From a virus: DNA of 64,000 nucleotides. Positions 45,794-55,484 of this stretch are shown one piece after another. Numbering within the stretch: position 1 is the stretch's first letter; each line of letters starts with the position of its first letter. Position numbers and translations under genes: made by a program. The notes below the pieces were generated by a model, which made no database searches, was not told where the DNA came from, and saw nothing but the letters and a program-made list of their open reading frames with translations. The stretch lies in IMG/VR virus record IMGVR_UViG_3300043112_000040. One strand, 5' to 3'.

Positions 45794-45982
45794 ATGGAAA
45801 CTTTACTTCAAACCATCATGCGCCGGGACATCCTCACAGAAAACGAAGCAAACGAGGTTATCAACGAAGTCCGAGAGATCATGCAGGATGCAATTGACCA
45901 AGGGAATTTTATGGAAGCGGAGGAAATCTTTCAAAGTGAATTGGGAATTGAACCTGATTATATTATGGACCTCTACTACTAA
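45794..45982 (+). CDS. Small acidic hypothetical protein
   Basis: MRRD...EFQSELGIEPDYI; downstream of the repeated promoter. Confidence 0.7.
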   Translation: METLLQTIMRRDILTENEANEVINEVREIMQDAIDQGNFMEAEEIFQSELGIEPDYIMDLYY

Positions 45983-46035
45983 TAAAAACAGAAAAGAAAA
46001 ACAAACCACAAACCAAACCAAAACCACAACACCAA

Positions 46036-46072
46036 AAGGGCAGGAGAATCAAACCTCTTGCCCTTTTCTTTT
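46036..46072 (+). terminator. Rho-independent terminator
   Basis: aaagggcaggag-N8-ctcttgcccttt followed by a T-tract. Confidence 0.75.
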
Positions 46073-46279
46073 ATCAAACAACAATCAAACAACCCCACAA
46101 CAAAAAGCCCTTGCCAGCACAAAAAAGAAAACCCGCCGAGTCATAAAATAATTCACAGCGGGGCGGGAGCAAACAAGAAACTGTCGCATTATATATCGCA
46201 CAGGGTTATTCCAGATTTCCGTGTAACATGAACGCCGGGGCTTTTTCAAGACTTTGGGCGGTGAAAATCATTCTCAATT

Positions 46280-46326
46280 GATATTGATTATCATTTTCAT
46301 TTCAATTGATATTGATTATCATTTTC
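46280..46326. promoter_or_regulatory. Two tandem Fur-box-like sites
   Basis: Minus strand GAAAATGATAATCAATATC twice, each 17/19 to GATAATGATAATCATTATC. Confidence 0.55.
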
Positions 46327-46762
46327 AATCGGCGTGATTCTGGCCTAAAGAAAAACCGATATTGACTGTCAACCAAAAGTAAACAATAGGGCCATTCGAT
46401 AGGCGCAAGCAAAGACAATGCCAGAAAACAGGCAATGGGTAAAAAATCATATGCGAATGTGAAAGAACAAGCTCCAGGCATAATCCGGCGGCAATGTCAA
46501 GGGAACATAGGGGAAAATGGTAAGAAAGTCAAGGATTATTGCGATGCACAATAAAGAAACAATGTCAAGCGAAAAAATGGCATAGTAGCAAAAAAATAAC
46601 GTCCGATCATTACAATATACAGGAAAGGGAAGAAAACAGAAAAAAACCAGGCAATGTAAAAAAAGTGAAAAAATCACTTGACGGGAAAAACGGAAGGGAA
46701 TAGAACAATTTTCAGGCAAGGGAAAAACGGAACGGAAACAATAAAACAAGGGGGAACAAAAA

Positions 46763-46855
46763 ATGACAATCAAAGAATTTGTAATTTGTGCTTTACAGGT
46801 GGCTGCGCTTGGCATAATGTTTTATGCGTTGGCCGTGATCGGCTTTTGTCTGTAA
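46763..46855 (+). CDS. 30-aa single-TM membrane peptide (not in the ORF track)
   Basis: GGGGGA RBS; MTIKEFVICALQVAALGIMFYALAVIGFCL. Confidence 0.55.
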   Translation: MTIKEFVICALQVAALGIMFYALAVIGFCL

Positions 46856-46889
46856 ATCAATAAAAATAAAAAAACGGGAGAAAAGAACA

Positions 46890-47192
46890 ATGGAAAATAT
46901 TCGAATCATTACCAATAACCAATGGCGTCCCTTGCTTTATTTGTCTGATTTGTCCGAAGGTGAACAATCCCAGGTTGCAAGTGATTACGATTGGATGGAT
47001 AGTTTAGAATTGGATGGATGGATTAAGTATCGTGGCATGATTTTTCACTTGTCCGATTTTTTGCGCCTTGATTCTAGTGATACTTTTGGCGGAAACTGGC
47101 ACGGTTATTTTTCTGCCGGTTTTTTTGACGGATATTTGATTGAGTTGTCCGATTGCGGTGAATCATATCGCATTGCCCACTATATCGGCTAA
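46890..47192 (+). CDS. Hypothetical protein
   Basis: GGGAG RBS; early cluster. Confidence 0.7.
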   Translation: MENIRIITNNQWRPLLYLSDLSEGEQSQVASDYDWMDSLELDGWIKYRGMIFHLSDFLRLDSSDTFGGNWHGYFSAGFFDGYLIELSDCGESYRIAHYIG

Positions 47193-47224
47193 CAAGCAAA
47201 GAAAACAAAAAAGGAAAAAACACT

Positions 47225-47509
47225 ATGACCTACCATGTAATGGAATTGCGTTCGATTGATGCCTGGCGCGAGCATGAAGGGGGCTGGACCTGGAACGCCT
47301 CATATCAATTGGAATCCGGCATTGTTTTCGGCGATAATGCTTTAACGCCTAGAAAGATACTCCGAGCCTTGAGGGAATGGAATTATTTGTCCGACTATTC
47401 CAAGGGGCGATTGCGCGTGGTGGAGGAATGGCCGTTAATTGAGATACAGGAAAAAAACACAGGCAAGCCTTTACTGGCATTGATACTTGAAAAGAGCATC
47501 GAAGAGTAA
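47225..47509 (+). CDS. Hypothetical protein
   Basis: Preceded by the repeated A-rich RBS module. Confidence 0.7.
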   Translation: MTYHVMELRSIDAWREHEGGWTWNASYQLESGIVFGDNALTPRKILRALREWNYLSDYSKGRLRVVEEWPLIEIQEKNTGKPLLALILEKSIEE

Positions 47510-47542
47510 CAAGCAAAAGAAAACAAAAAAGGAAAAAAGACA

Positions 47543-47728
47543 ATGCAAGAAAATAATACCACTTTTGAGACAATCGAAGACGAGTTGAACTACCTGGACA
47601 CAAACGAAAAAACAGTTTACAAAACCCTGGAATTGATTGATCATCGGTACCTTGAAGCGGAAGCGGAAGAAAATAAAGCATATTGTGAGGCAATTTATAA
47701 TCATATCAATATGGGAGTGAGGTATTAA
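47543..47728 (+). CDS. Small acidic hypothetical protein
   Basis: Preceded by the repeated RBS module. Confidence 0.65.
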   Translation: MQENNTTFETIEDELNYLDTNEKTVYKTLELIDHRYLEAEAEENKAYCEAIYNHINMGVRY

Positions 47729-47772
47729 GAAAATGAAAACAAATACTCAAATAAACAAAGAGGAAAAAAACA

Positions 47773-48030
47773 ATGCGATATATCTACTTTGACAAGCCGG
47801 GAAAGATGGATTTGAATGAAAAGGCGATATTATTCACTTCGCAAAGAAAAAAGAGAAAAAATGATACAATATTTCACCGAAACGATATTAATAATCGAAT
47901 TGCAGTCCCGTCCGAAACATTGAAATATTACTTTACCTATGACAGAAACACAGGCATATACAAAAGCCAATGCAAATGGGGAACCCTTGTTTATGGCGGG
48001 GATGTTAAAATTGAAACGGAAACATACTAA
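47773..48030 (+). CDS. Hypothetical protein
   Basis: GAGG RBS. Confidence 0.6.
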   Translation: MRYIYFDKPGKMDLNEKAILFTSQRKKRKNDTIFHRNDINNRIAVPSETLKYYFTYDRNTGIYKSQCKWGTLVYGGDVKIETETY

Positions 48031-48051
48031 ACAAAAAAAGGAAAACAAAAA

Positions 48052-48321
48052 ATGAATAATAACTATATCCAGTCCGGCGCATTTGTAGCAATCGAAACAA
48101 AGTACCTCGCGCCTACTAATACCAAAGGCGCAAGGGTAAAGGCGATCAAGCGCGACCACAACAAAATCAGCGTGACAATCAATTGGGACTATGCAAAAAC
48201 CGACAAGCAAAACCACGAAACGGCATGTAAAGCATTACTCGAAAAAATGGGCAATCCTGGCAAGAGCTGGCGCGGTGGATGGACAGACACGGGCATGGTT
48301 TTTGTGCATGTAGTGGATTAA
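48052..48321 (+). CDS. Conserved phage early protein
   Basis: IETKYLAPTNTKGARVKA motif. Confidence 0.7.
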   Translation: MNNNYIQSGAFVAIETKYLAPTNTKGARVKAIKRDHNKISVTINWDYAKTDKQNHETACKALLEKMGNPGKSWRGGWTDTGMVFVHVVD

Positions 48322-48348
48322 TCAAAAAATAAAAAAGGAAAGTAAAAA

Positions 48349-48663
48349 ATGACTAACTATTATAAAAAGCAATTGGAAAAAATCGATACAAAAAATGAAT
48401 ATGCACCGACGATATTAATACAGGATGCAAATGGCAATAAAACAAAGTATCTTAATCTCAATCAGGAAAGCGCAAGAGTTTTGATTGAATGGTTGCAAGA
48501 GAATTTTAAGCAAGAGCAAAAAAGAGAATATGAAACAAGCCTGGAAAACAAAGTAAGCCGATTGCAGGACATGATGAACAAGGGAAAGAACGGGCAGAAC
48601 ATTGCAAGGCTTGCCCGATTGATTGCACAACAGGCGGAACACCTGGAAGCAAGGGGATATTGA
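48349..48663 (+). CDS. Hypothetical protein
   Basis: AAGG RBS; followed by a terminator. Confidence 0.65.
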   Translation: MTNYYKKQLEKIDTKNEYAPTILIQDANGNKTKYLNLNQESARVLIEWLQENFKQEQKREYETSLENKVSRLQDMMNKGKNGQNIARLARLIAQQAEHLEARGY

Positions 48664-48690
48664 GCTGAAACGATATAAAAAACCAAGCAA

Positions 48691-48730
48691 TAGCCGGGCC
48701 GGGAGAAGATCCTAGTCCGGCTTTTCTCTT
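48691..48730 (+). terminator. Rho-independent terminator
   Basis: agccgggccggg-N7-cctagtccggct followed by TTTCTCTTT. Confidence 0.65.
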
Positions 48731-49020
48731 TGCCTGTTGTCCCATACCAAATAAACAAAAAACCATACGCCAACAAAACGCCCAAAAACAGCCATAGAAC
48801 GCAAGCAAGCCTTTAAACCATATCAACACAAGGGGAAGGTTTAAAATGGCTTTAAAGGGCAATTACGGGAAAAATAAGAGGGACAGTAGGTAGCAGGGAA
48901 GAAAAGGACAAGGACAAATGGAAGGAAAGGGAACAAAAGAAAAGCAATTGATAATGAAAATCAATCTCAATATAAAGAGAAAAGAAAAGCCCGACTATTT
49001 AAAGCTGGGCTTGTTATGGA

Positions 49021-49314
49021 CTATCCTTCGAATATTTTACGCAATGCTGTATCAATATGGGAATCGTTCAATCCCTCATAATAAAGGCGAGTTGAAAAGC
49101 GACCAAGTGAATATTTCCTTGCATACTCTTTATCCATGCCCCAAAAGAAATCCCAGCGGCATTGTTCTTTTGATAATCCTATACTTTCGTAGTGTTCATA
49201 TGCTGATTTAGGTAACAGCGGAAAATTGTCTGATCTGCTATCGTCTGTAAAGGACATAATAAAGGAAAGCATTTCATTTTGCAGCTCGGTGAAGGTTTCT
49301 TTTTTCATTTTCAT
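49021..49314 (-). CDS. Hypothetical protein
   Basis: GAGGA RBS; ...YEGLNDSHIDTALRKI. Confidence 0.7.
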   Translation of the reverse strand: MKMKKETFTELQNEMLSFIMSFTDDSRSDNFPLLPKSAYEHYESIGLSKEQCRWDFFWGMDKEYARKYSLGRFSTRLYYEGLNDSHIDTALRKIFEG

Positions 49315-49340
49315 TTTAGTGTGTCCTCTTTGTTATAGAT

Positions 49341-49586
49341 TTAAATGGACGGGGCGTTATTATATACAGTTCGAGCAATAATATATCCGGGTTGATTTTT
49401 TTGTATGATTGCTTTTATTTGACCATTCACATCCATGATCGTAATAGTTTCGCACGCGCTCATTTCATATATAAATTTTCCGCCTGCTACGCTCTTTTTT
49501 TGGTTGGTCATGATCTTTATCCTTTTGTTAAATGATTGTTCCGTTCGTCTGATTAAGATATTATTCTTTTCATCATATGCCGTCAA
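49341..49586 (-). CDS. Hypothetical protein
   Basis: ORF upstream of 49021 on the same strand; start uncertain. Confidence 0.45.
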   Translation of the reverse strand: MTAYDEKNNILIRRTEQSFNKRIKIMTNQKKSVAGGKFIYEMSACETITIMDVNGQIKAIIQKNQPGYIIARTVYNNAPSI

Positions 49587-49704
49587 TACTTTTTTACATT
49601 TTTTATTTCAATATAACTCAGTTACTTACGAACTATATAACTATATCAAGATATATTGATATAGTGTAATTCCCGCGATCCGCTTTCGTTTAGGCACCAA
49701 TACA

Positions 49705-49795
49705 AAAGTACAAATTTTTGTACTTTGAAGTTCAAAAATTTGTACCGATATGAAAGTACAAAAATTTGTACTTTGAAGTTCAAAAATTTGTACCG
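49705..49795. repeat. Two 43-bp direct repeats, each made of two palindromic 18-mers
   Basis: AAAGTACAAA(T/A)(T/A)TTTGTACTTTGAAGTTCAAAAATTTGTACCG at 49705 and 49753. Confidence 0.85.
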
Positions 49796-50397
49796 CGAAG
49801 TTACCTCCTAAACACAAGACAGTAACTTCATATTTCAGGCGACCGACCACCTACCATAAAACATAGCAATATCAATGGCTTATGCCTATAGTGTTTTACT
49901 CTTTATACAATATTTCTCTTGTGTTTAGTTTTTTTAAACCTTCCTTTTATCGTTTTATCTATCATAACGCCCCATTTTGTTGCGAATGAGAATCATTTTC
50001 AATGATATTGAGAACCATTATCAGCCCGCCCCCTCGTTTCGATCTGGACCCTCCGGGGGGTTTTCTCACGATACAGGGACTTAACCACAAATTTTTTTCA
50101 AATTTTCAAAACCTCAAAACCACTTTCCCTTGCAAAATCAAATCGTGTTACTCAAAACTTCAAAACTCACTATATGAGACTCTTTTTCATAACTAATAAA
50201 ATCAACAACTTATTAAAATCACCTAAAAAATCCCCATTTCCTTGTTTTCGTGTATTCGTATGCAGTGTGTGTTACGTTTTATAAAATTTGTAACACGATT
50301 CCCCAAATAACCTCCCTAATTCATCTCTAATTTCCCCTTGACAACTTCCCAATCTTCCTATATGCTCTGTTTCTAAATCACATCAAAGGAGAGTCTA

Positions 50398-50667
50398 ATG
50401 TCTAAACAAAAGCGTCTTACTACACAAAGATTATCAGACATAGCACAAGAATGGGCAAATAAATCAAATAATGCCGAAACAAAAAGAGTTCTAATAGAAA
50501 TGTCCAAACGACTACAACAATATGTTTATTTGAGCAGGGATAGAAGGCGTTTTGAAGAAGAAAAAAGAGCCTATTATAGAGAAAGGGCAATGTTACAGGA
50601 ATTAATAGATATGGCAGATAGAACTGGAAAATTTTCACCAGCGGAAATAGAAAAAAGAAGAATATAA
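50398..50667 (+). CDS. Hypothetical protein
   Basis: Promoter TTGACA-N17-TATGCT at 50338-50366 and AAGGAG RBS. Confidence 0.7.
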   Translation: MSKQKRLTTQRLSDIAQEWANKSNNAETKRVLIEMSKRLQQYVYLSRDRRRFEEEKRAYYRERAMLQELIDMADRTGKFSPAEIEKRRI

Positions 50668-50681
50668 AGGAGAAACCTAAA

Positions 50682-51338
50682 ATGGAACTAGAAACAGCAA
50701 TTGATGTTATTGAAAGCGTGTCTGGATTTGACGATGAATCCACTTCTGTTGGTGAGGCCTGGCAAACAATTCTTAATCATCTAAATCCTCACATTGGAAG
50801 TTCTTTTGATTCTTATTTGTTGGAAGAGTGTCAGGAGGAGAACAAACAACTCAGGGAGGCAATCAAGCAGGGTAAGTCCTTGTTGATTCAGGCCAAGGGG
50901 GAGATCAAACTGCATAAGGATAATTTCCGAGCCTTGAAAGAGGAATATAAACCAGAAAGGGCAAGACGAGCAACAGAGAAAAAGCGCAGACAGAAGTTGC
51001 GTAGAAAGATTGATAACTTGAAAGAAGAAAACAAACAACTCAAAGCTGATATTGAAGATATGCAGACCGTCATGATGGCAGCGGCAGTTGAAATAAAGAA
51101 TAATTGGGACGCACATAGTGACGAAGACGGGCACGGTCCTTGTAATCTTATATTTCGTCTTGAAAATGGAATTGCAACAAAATATAATTATGATTCAAAT
51201 ACGATTAAAAGATATTCGGACAGAATTATTGGTTTGTCACAGGAGAACCGGGAACTAAAAGAAGCGTTGAATGAGATTTTGGAGATAAATGATGAGGTGT
51301 GTTCGCCAATTGCCAGAAAAGCACTCTCAAACACATAA
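50682..51338 (+). CDS. Coiled-coil hypothetical protein
   Basis: AAGGAG RBS; heptad repeats (EENKQL). Confidence 0.7.
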   Translation: MELETAIDVIESVSGFDDESTSVGEAWQTILNHLNPHIGSSFDSYLLEECQEENKQLREAIKQGKSLLIQAKGEIKLHKDNFRALKEEYKPERARRATEKKRRQKLRRKIDNLKEENKQLKADIEDMQTVMMAAAVEIKNNWDAHSDEDGHGPCNLIFRLENGIATKYNYDSNTIKRYSDRIIGLSQENRELKEALNEILEINDEVCSPIARKALSNT

Positions 51339-51548
51339 CTCCATCGCTCCCAAACACCCCTATTAAGAAGTGAGAATCATCATAGAACGCATTTTGAGTT
51401 GATTTCCTTGTCTGTGTTAGGGTTGAATGTTTAGAATGCTTTTTAGAAGTGTTATTTGTTTATAAAATCAGTTATTCAATAATTCTTAATAACTGGCTTG
51501 ACAAATTGTTGTTTTGGTGTTATGGTTTTCATATATAAGTTAAAGGAG

Positions 51549-51809
51549 ATGAAAATGGTGTTAAGTCCAGATTGTATCCCGATTGAAGAAGAATTGCGAT
51601 GTTTAGAAGAAGATTATGCCGAAATTCGTGCATTATGTGCTGAGTTGTATAAAGCACTCATAGATGTTGAATTTTCTTGTTACGACGATAATGCCCATTG
51701 TCCATCATGTGGTAATATGCCTGATGAGGGACATGATGAGGATGATTGTTTAGTTGGTCCTGCACTCGCCAAATACCAACAATTTGTAGAGGAAGAGTAT
51801 AATGATTGA
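51549..51809 (+). CDS. Hypothetical protein with CxxC
   Basis: Promoter TTGACA-N17-TATGGT at 51498-51526; HCPSCG. Confidence 0.65.
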   Translation: MKMVLSPDCIPIEEELRCLEEDYAEIRALCAELYKALIDVEFSCYDDNAHCPSCGNMPDEGHDEDDCLVGPALAKYQQFVEEEYND

Positions 51810-52092
51810 GTGTATGAAGTGTGGAACTGATTTTGAAGAAACAGATTGGAGTAACAGTCCTTGCCCTGAGTGTGGAACAAAACATGGATATGATGAGGGA
51901 TTCTTTGCACATGATGTAGACAGTGTTTATAAGAAGTATAACAGGCTCCTTTCTCTTTGTGAAAAGCTCTATGCCGCTAGATGGTGTAATGATTGTTCTG
52001 CTTATGAGGAAGAAGGAGAGTTGGCGTGTGAAGGTTGTGTGGCTGAAAATGCTTATGATGAATATAAAAAATTTAAAGAGGAAAGTGAGTAA
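51802..52092 (+). CDS. Zn-ribbon hypothetical protein
   Basis: CMKCG...CPECG, CNDC, CEGC. Confidence 0.65.
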   Translation: MIECMKCGTDFEETDWSNSPCPECGTKHGYDEGFFAHDVDSVYKKYNRLLSLCEKLYAARWCNDCSAYEEEGELACEGCVAENAYDEYKKFKEESE

Positions 52093-52342
52093 TTGTGGAA
52101 CACCATCCAATGGATATATTTATAAATATGATAACATGTCATTATCCGGGGTATATTTTAGATTTTATTTCAATAGATGAAATTTTTAAATTAATAGAAG
52201 AGGAAGAGAATGAATATGAAAACTAAACTACAAAACCTAGTTGATAATACTATCTGGTGGAGTCTGGACAAACAAACCTGTTTCCTTGTGTTCTTTGTTG
52301 GGCTTGTTTTTGGTGCTGTTTTGTTTTAAATGAGATATTATT

Positions 52343-53065
52343 ATGAAAATAAAAGTTTGGTCTGATTTGCATTTGGAGTTTGGATTTGATCCATCCTTTT
52401 TATTTGAAGGTTGGATTGATTGTGATGTTCTCGTTTTGGCAGGAGATATTTCAAACAGTCGTGGAGCAGTAAAAAGTATAGAATATATTAAGAGCAGGAT
52501 TCCAGAGCATGTTGAGATTGTGTATGTTCTTGGAAACCATGAATTTTATTTTGGAAGTTTCAACAAGACCGCAGAAGATATTAAATGGGATTTGCATAAA
52601 AAATTTTCAGAAAAGGTTCATGTTCTTCACAGAGATGTTGTTTTTATTGATGGTGTTTCTTTTGGTGGGTGCGTTGGTTGGTGTGATTTGAGTTATGGTG
52701 AAAAATTCTATCCAGAGAGAATTTCTGATTTCAGATTGATTGATGGATTTAATTGGAATGAGTGTGTTAGTGTTGGAAAAGAGGATAGAAAGTTTCTTGA
52801 GACAAATAAAAGTGATGTTGTTGTGACACACAATGGGTGTTCAGGACAATCCATTTCTCCTATTTATGCAGACAACTTGTTGAATAGTTTTTTTGTCAAT
52901 GATTATAGTGATATTATTGAAAAGAACAAACCAAAGTTGTGGATTCATGGGCATACTCATTCTAATTTTGAGTATAAATTGTTTAATACTAAGGTGGTGT
53001 GTAATCCTCTTGGTTATGTAGGCGAGAATAATTTTTTTGATGAAAACTTTGTTATTGAAATTTAA
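52343..53065 (+). CDS. Calcineurin-like metallophosphoesterase
   Basis: SDLHLE, LAGD, GNHE, VTH and HGHTH motifs. Confidence 0.88.
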   Translation: MKIKVWSDLHLEFGFDPSFLFEGWIDCDVLVLAGDISNSRGAVKSIEYIKSRIPEHVEIVYVLGNHEFYFGSFNKTAEDIKWDLHKKFSEKVHVLHRDVVFIDGVSFGGCVGWCDLSYGEKFYPERISDFRLIDGFNWNECVSVGKEDRKFLETNKSDVVVTHNGCSGQSISPIYADNLLNSFFVNDYSDIIEKNKPKLWIHGHTHSNFEYKLFNTKVVCNPLGYVGENNFFDENFVIEI

Positions 53066-53082
53066 GTAAAAGGCGTAGGGAT

Positions 53083-53346
53083 ATGTATAAAACTGAAATT
53101 GATAGGTTGCAATGGAATGATGTTGCAAAGGATAAAAAACCAATCGGACAGTTCACCCTGTTGGCAAGGGGATATTTGTCATACTCTCCTGTTATTTGCA
53201 AATATGATGATGTCAGGGATCAGTTTGTTGCTGTGTATGGTGGACATGCTGTTGATATTGATAAGTGGGTGTATTTGAGTGAAGTTTTTAACGCAATAGA
53301 TGACAATACCATTGAAAAATATAAAAAGGATTTTCAATGCGGATAA
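53083..53346 (+). CDS. Hypothetical protein
   Basis: ORF in the operon. Confidence 0.55.
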   Translation: MYKTEIDRLQWNDVAKDKKPIGQFTLLARGYLSYSPVICKYDDVRDQFVAVYGGHAVDIDKWVYLSEVFNAIDDNTIEKYKKDFQCG

Positions 53347-53654
53347 AGAACGACCACTCCCTTGTTGATTTGAATGATGAATCAAATCTGGATAATGATT
53401 TTGAACTATTAGGAGAACCCGAAGAGTTCAAAGATGTGATGGATAAACAGGCCGCACAGCGCATGGAAGCCTATGATTGGTTTTTATATAAGTTGGCCCC
53501 TAAGTTGACATATAGACAAGCATTGAATTTGGTGACTGTGCCTGTTGGGGAATTGAGAGAACTGAGAATCAGAAGAATTGTTATTGCCAAAGAGAGATTG
53601 AGTGAGGATGGTGTTTATTCATGGGAACAACTAGAGATTCCAAAACAGAAGTAG
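53337..53654 (+). CDS. Hypothetical protein
   Basis: Overlapping ORF in the operon. Confidence 0.5.
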   Translation: MRIKNDHSLVDLNDESNLDNDFELLGEPEEFKDVMDKQAAQRMEAYDWFLYKLAPKLTYRQALNLVTVPVGELRELRIRRIVIAKERLSEDGVYSWEQLEIPKQK

Positions 53655-54577
53655 AAAAGAATAGCGCACAACAATTATTAGAGCAATATTTTGATACAGA
53701 TCCAATTGAATTTGTTGAACCGGAACCAACTGATGAGTTATGTTCTGTTGAATGGTGCGACTTCCTTGCAACTCCAACTGGATTCTGCACAAAGCATCAA
53801 CGATATTTTGAGCAGGGACTTGTCTTTAAAAACCAATTTGAACAGATTGCCTATGAGGAACGACTTAAAGGCAAGCGTTGTGCTTTCGGAAAATGCCAGA
53901 ATAAAACACAGGGAACGAGAAAGTATTGTTCAGTCCATGAAACTGAGTTGGTATGTTATGGAGAATTTAAATATAACATAGATGGGAGCCACAAGGTAAG
54001 CATATTCAAAGGAACAGAATTTAAGCATAGAATTGTAAGAGCTTTTGTTAGGAATATTGATAGCTTTATCGAAGTGGTTGTTGACAAAGACCAAGTAGAT
54101 AAGATAAGATATGCTAAGTTTCATGTTAGTAAAAAGAATGGAAAATTATATATAAGAGTAGTTGGAAAACTTAGATTACTACTGTATTACTTGTTTGGCA
54201 AGGGTAAAAGATTCATTCCCACAAGCAAGTTTGATTGTGACAGAAGTGATATAATAAAAATAAATGGTGGAATGTGGGATTTCAGAAGAGAAAGTTATAT
54301 CGAGTTACAACCAAAAGTCTATAATCATCTTATAAACTCTAGACCTGATCTGTGGCCTTGCGGGTATAAATGTGTTAGTTATGACGAAAAGAAACGACAA
54401 TGGAAGTTTCAAATTAGAATAACCAAACCAAGAATAGGCCATACAAAGTATTTTTATAGCATGGAAGAAGCAGTTATATATAGAGATATTGTTCATAAGG
54501 CTTTGTTTGGTGAAGAGTTTGTGAAAGTTTTTCCCCGTTATAATGATGAAGAACCAATAAAGAGGAAATTAAAATAG
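53621..54577 (+). CDS. Protein with C-terminal AP2-like DNA-binding domain (possibly a degenerate homing endonuclease)
   Basis: YKCVSYDEKKRQWKFQI...YFYSMEEAVIYRD; no intact HNH motif seen. Confidence 0.55.
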   Translation: MGTTRDSKTEVEKNSAQQLLEQYFDTDPIEFVEPEPTDELCSVEWCDFLATPTGFCTKHQRYFEQGLVFKNQFEQIAYEERLKGKRCAFGKCQNKTQGTRKYCSVHETELVCYGEFKYNIDGSHKVSIFKGTEFKHRIVRAFVRNIDSFIEVVVDKDQVDKIRYAKFHVSKKNGKLYIRVVGKLRLLLYYLFGKGKRFIPTSKFDCDRSDIIKINGGMWDFRRESYIELQPKVYNHLINSRPDLWPCGYKCVSYDEKKRQWKFQIRITKPRIGHTKYFYSMEEAVIYRDIVHKALFGEEFVKVFPRYNDEEPIKRKLK

Positions 54578-54578
54578 G

Positions 54579-54791
54579 ATGGACCAAGAAGAAAAACAAC
54601 CTTACGAAATCAAATCTAAATGGTGGGCAAGACCCTATTGGTTTCTGTTTCATTTTTATATAATTGCATATACACTTGTTAGCATGACTCATGGAGCATT
54701 TAATGTATTATTGTTTGGAGACTTGAGTTCCATTTATGATGTAGATGATTTTGAGTTTGTTGAAGACGACGAGGACGATGATTGTGAGTGA
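54579..54791 (+). CDS. Small membrane protein
   Basis: One hydrophobic segment and an acidic tail. Confidence 0.55.
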   Translation: MDQEEKQPYEIKSKWWARPYWFLFHFYIIAYTLVSMTHGAFNVLLFGDLSSIYDVDDFEFVEDDEDDDCE

Positions 54792-55296
54792 TGATAAAAG
54801 AAAATATGAAACCCCTGTTATCCCCAAATTAAAACACACAGAGATTGCAAATCGTGATGTGTCTGTTTTGTTTTGGGAAGCAACCCATAAGTGTGACGAG
54901 AAATGTCCTGTATATGAGGAGTGTCCCTATGCAGGAGATTCTTTGAAGTGTGATTTATGTTACAGATTTCTTAACAATATTAAAGAAGCGACTATTCAGG
55001 CTCTTGGCGAAAAGCAAGTGAATGAGTTTCAGAAACACATGCTTGGAACCGGAGTTTTTTCTTTATGGAATCAGTTCTTGCAATTCGAGATTATCAGAAT
55101 TTCACTTGGTATGGATGAATTATTCTCACAAACAAGAAGTGGGGCAAAAGTTCATCCTGTATTTGCAGAACAACGAAAAGTGTTTGATGCTATTCGTAAA
55201 TTATATGAATCAGTGTTTGGTAAAGAAAACGCAGTCAATTTTTTGGATAAGACTGTGGATGTTAACGAATTTGAAAAAGCCCTGAGAGGCGAGTAA
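54745..55296 (+). CDS. Putative terminase small subunit
   Basis: Position two genes upstream of TerL; helical, with a KVHP motif; inference only. Confidence 0.4.
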   Translation: MILSLLKTTRTMIVSDDKRKYETPVIPKLKHTEIANRDVSVLFWEATHKCDEKCPVYEECPYAGDSLKCDLCYRFLNNIKEATIQALGEKQVNEFQKHMLGTGVFSLWNQFLQFEIIRISLGMDELFSQTRSGAKVHPVFAEQRKVFDAIRKLYESVFGKENAVNFLDKTVDVNEFEKALRGE

Positions 55297-55301
55297 ATGT
55301 A

Positions 55302-55484
55302 ATGGAAGAATACTATTCAGAATTAGTGGAAATCTATATTGATAAGCTGAATGAGGCTTTTCAAATGGAGGGTTATCCACGACAAATTACAATGGAAAAT
55401 GAGAATGGAGATGTTCTCTGTTATGTGTTGGATGAAGAATATCTTGAAAATCAAAGTTATTTAGAAGATGACAAAGAAGACTAG
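55302..55484 (+). CDS. Small acidic protein
   Basis: ORF overlapping the TerL start. Confidence 0.5.
   Translation: MEEYYSELVEIYIDKLNEAFQMEGYPRQITMENENGDVLCYVLDEEYLENQSYLEDDKED

Noticed and set aside
47190-48349. CRISPR-like or attC-like repeats between early genes
   Set aside because: The repeats are low-complexity A-rich RBS modules without dyad symmetry or integron core sites.
49705-49795. CRISPR array
   Set aside because: Only two repeats with a 5-bp gap, no unique spacers and no cas genes.
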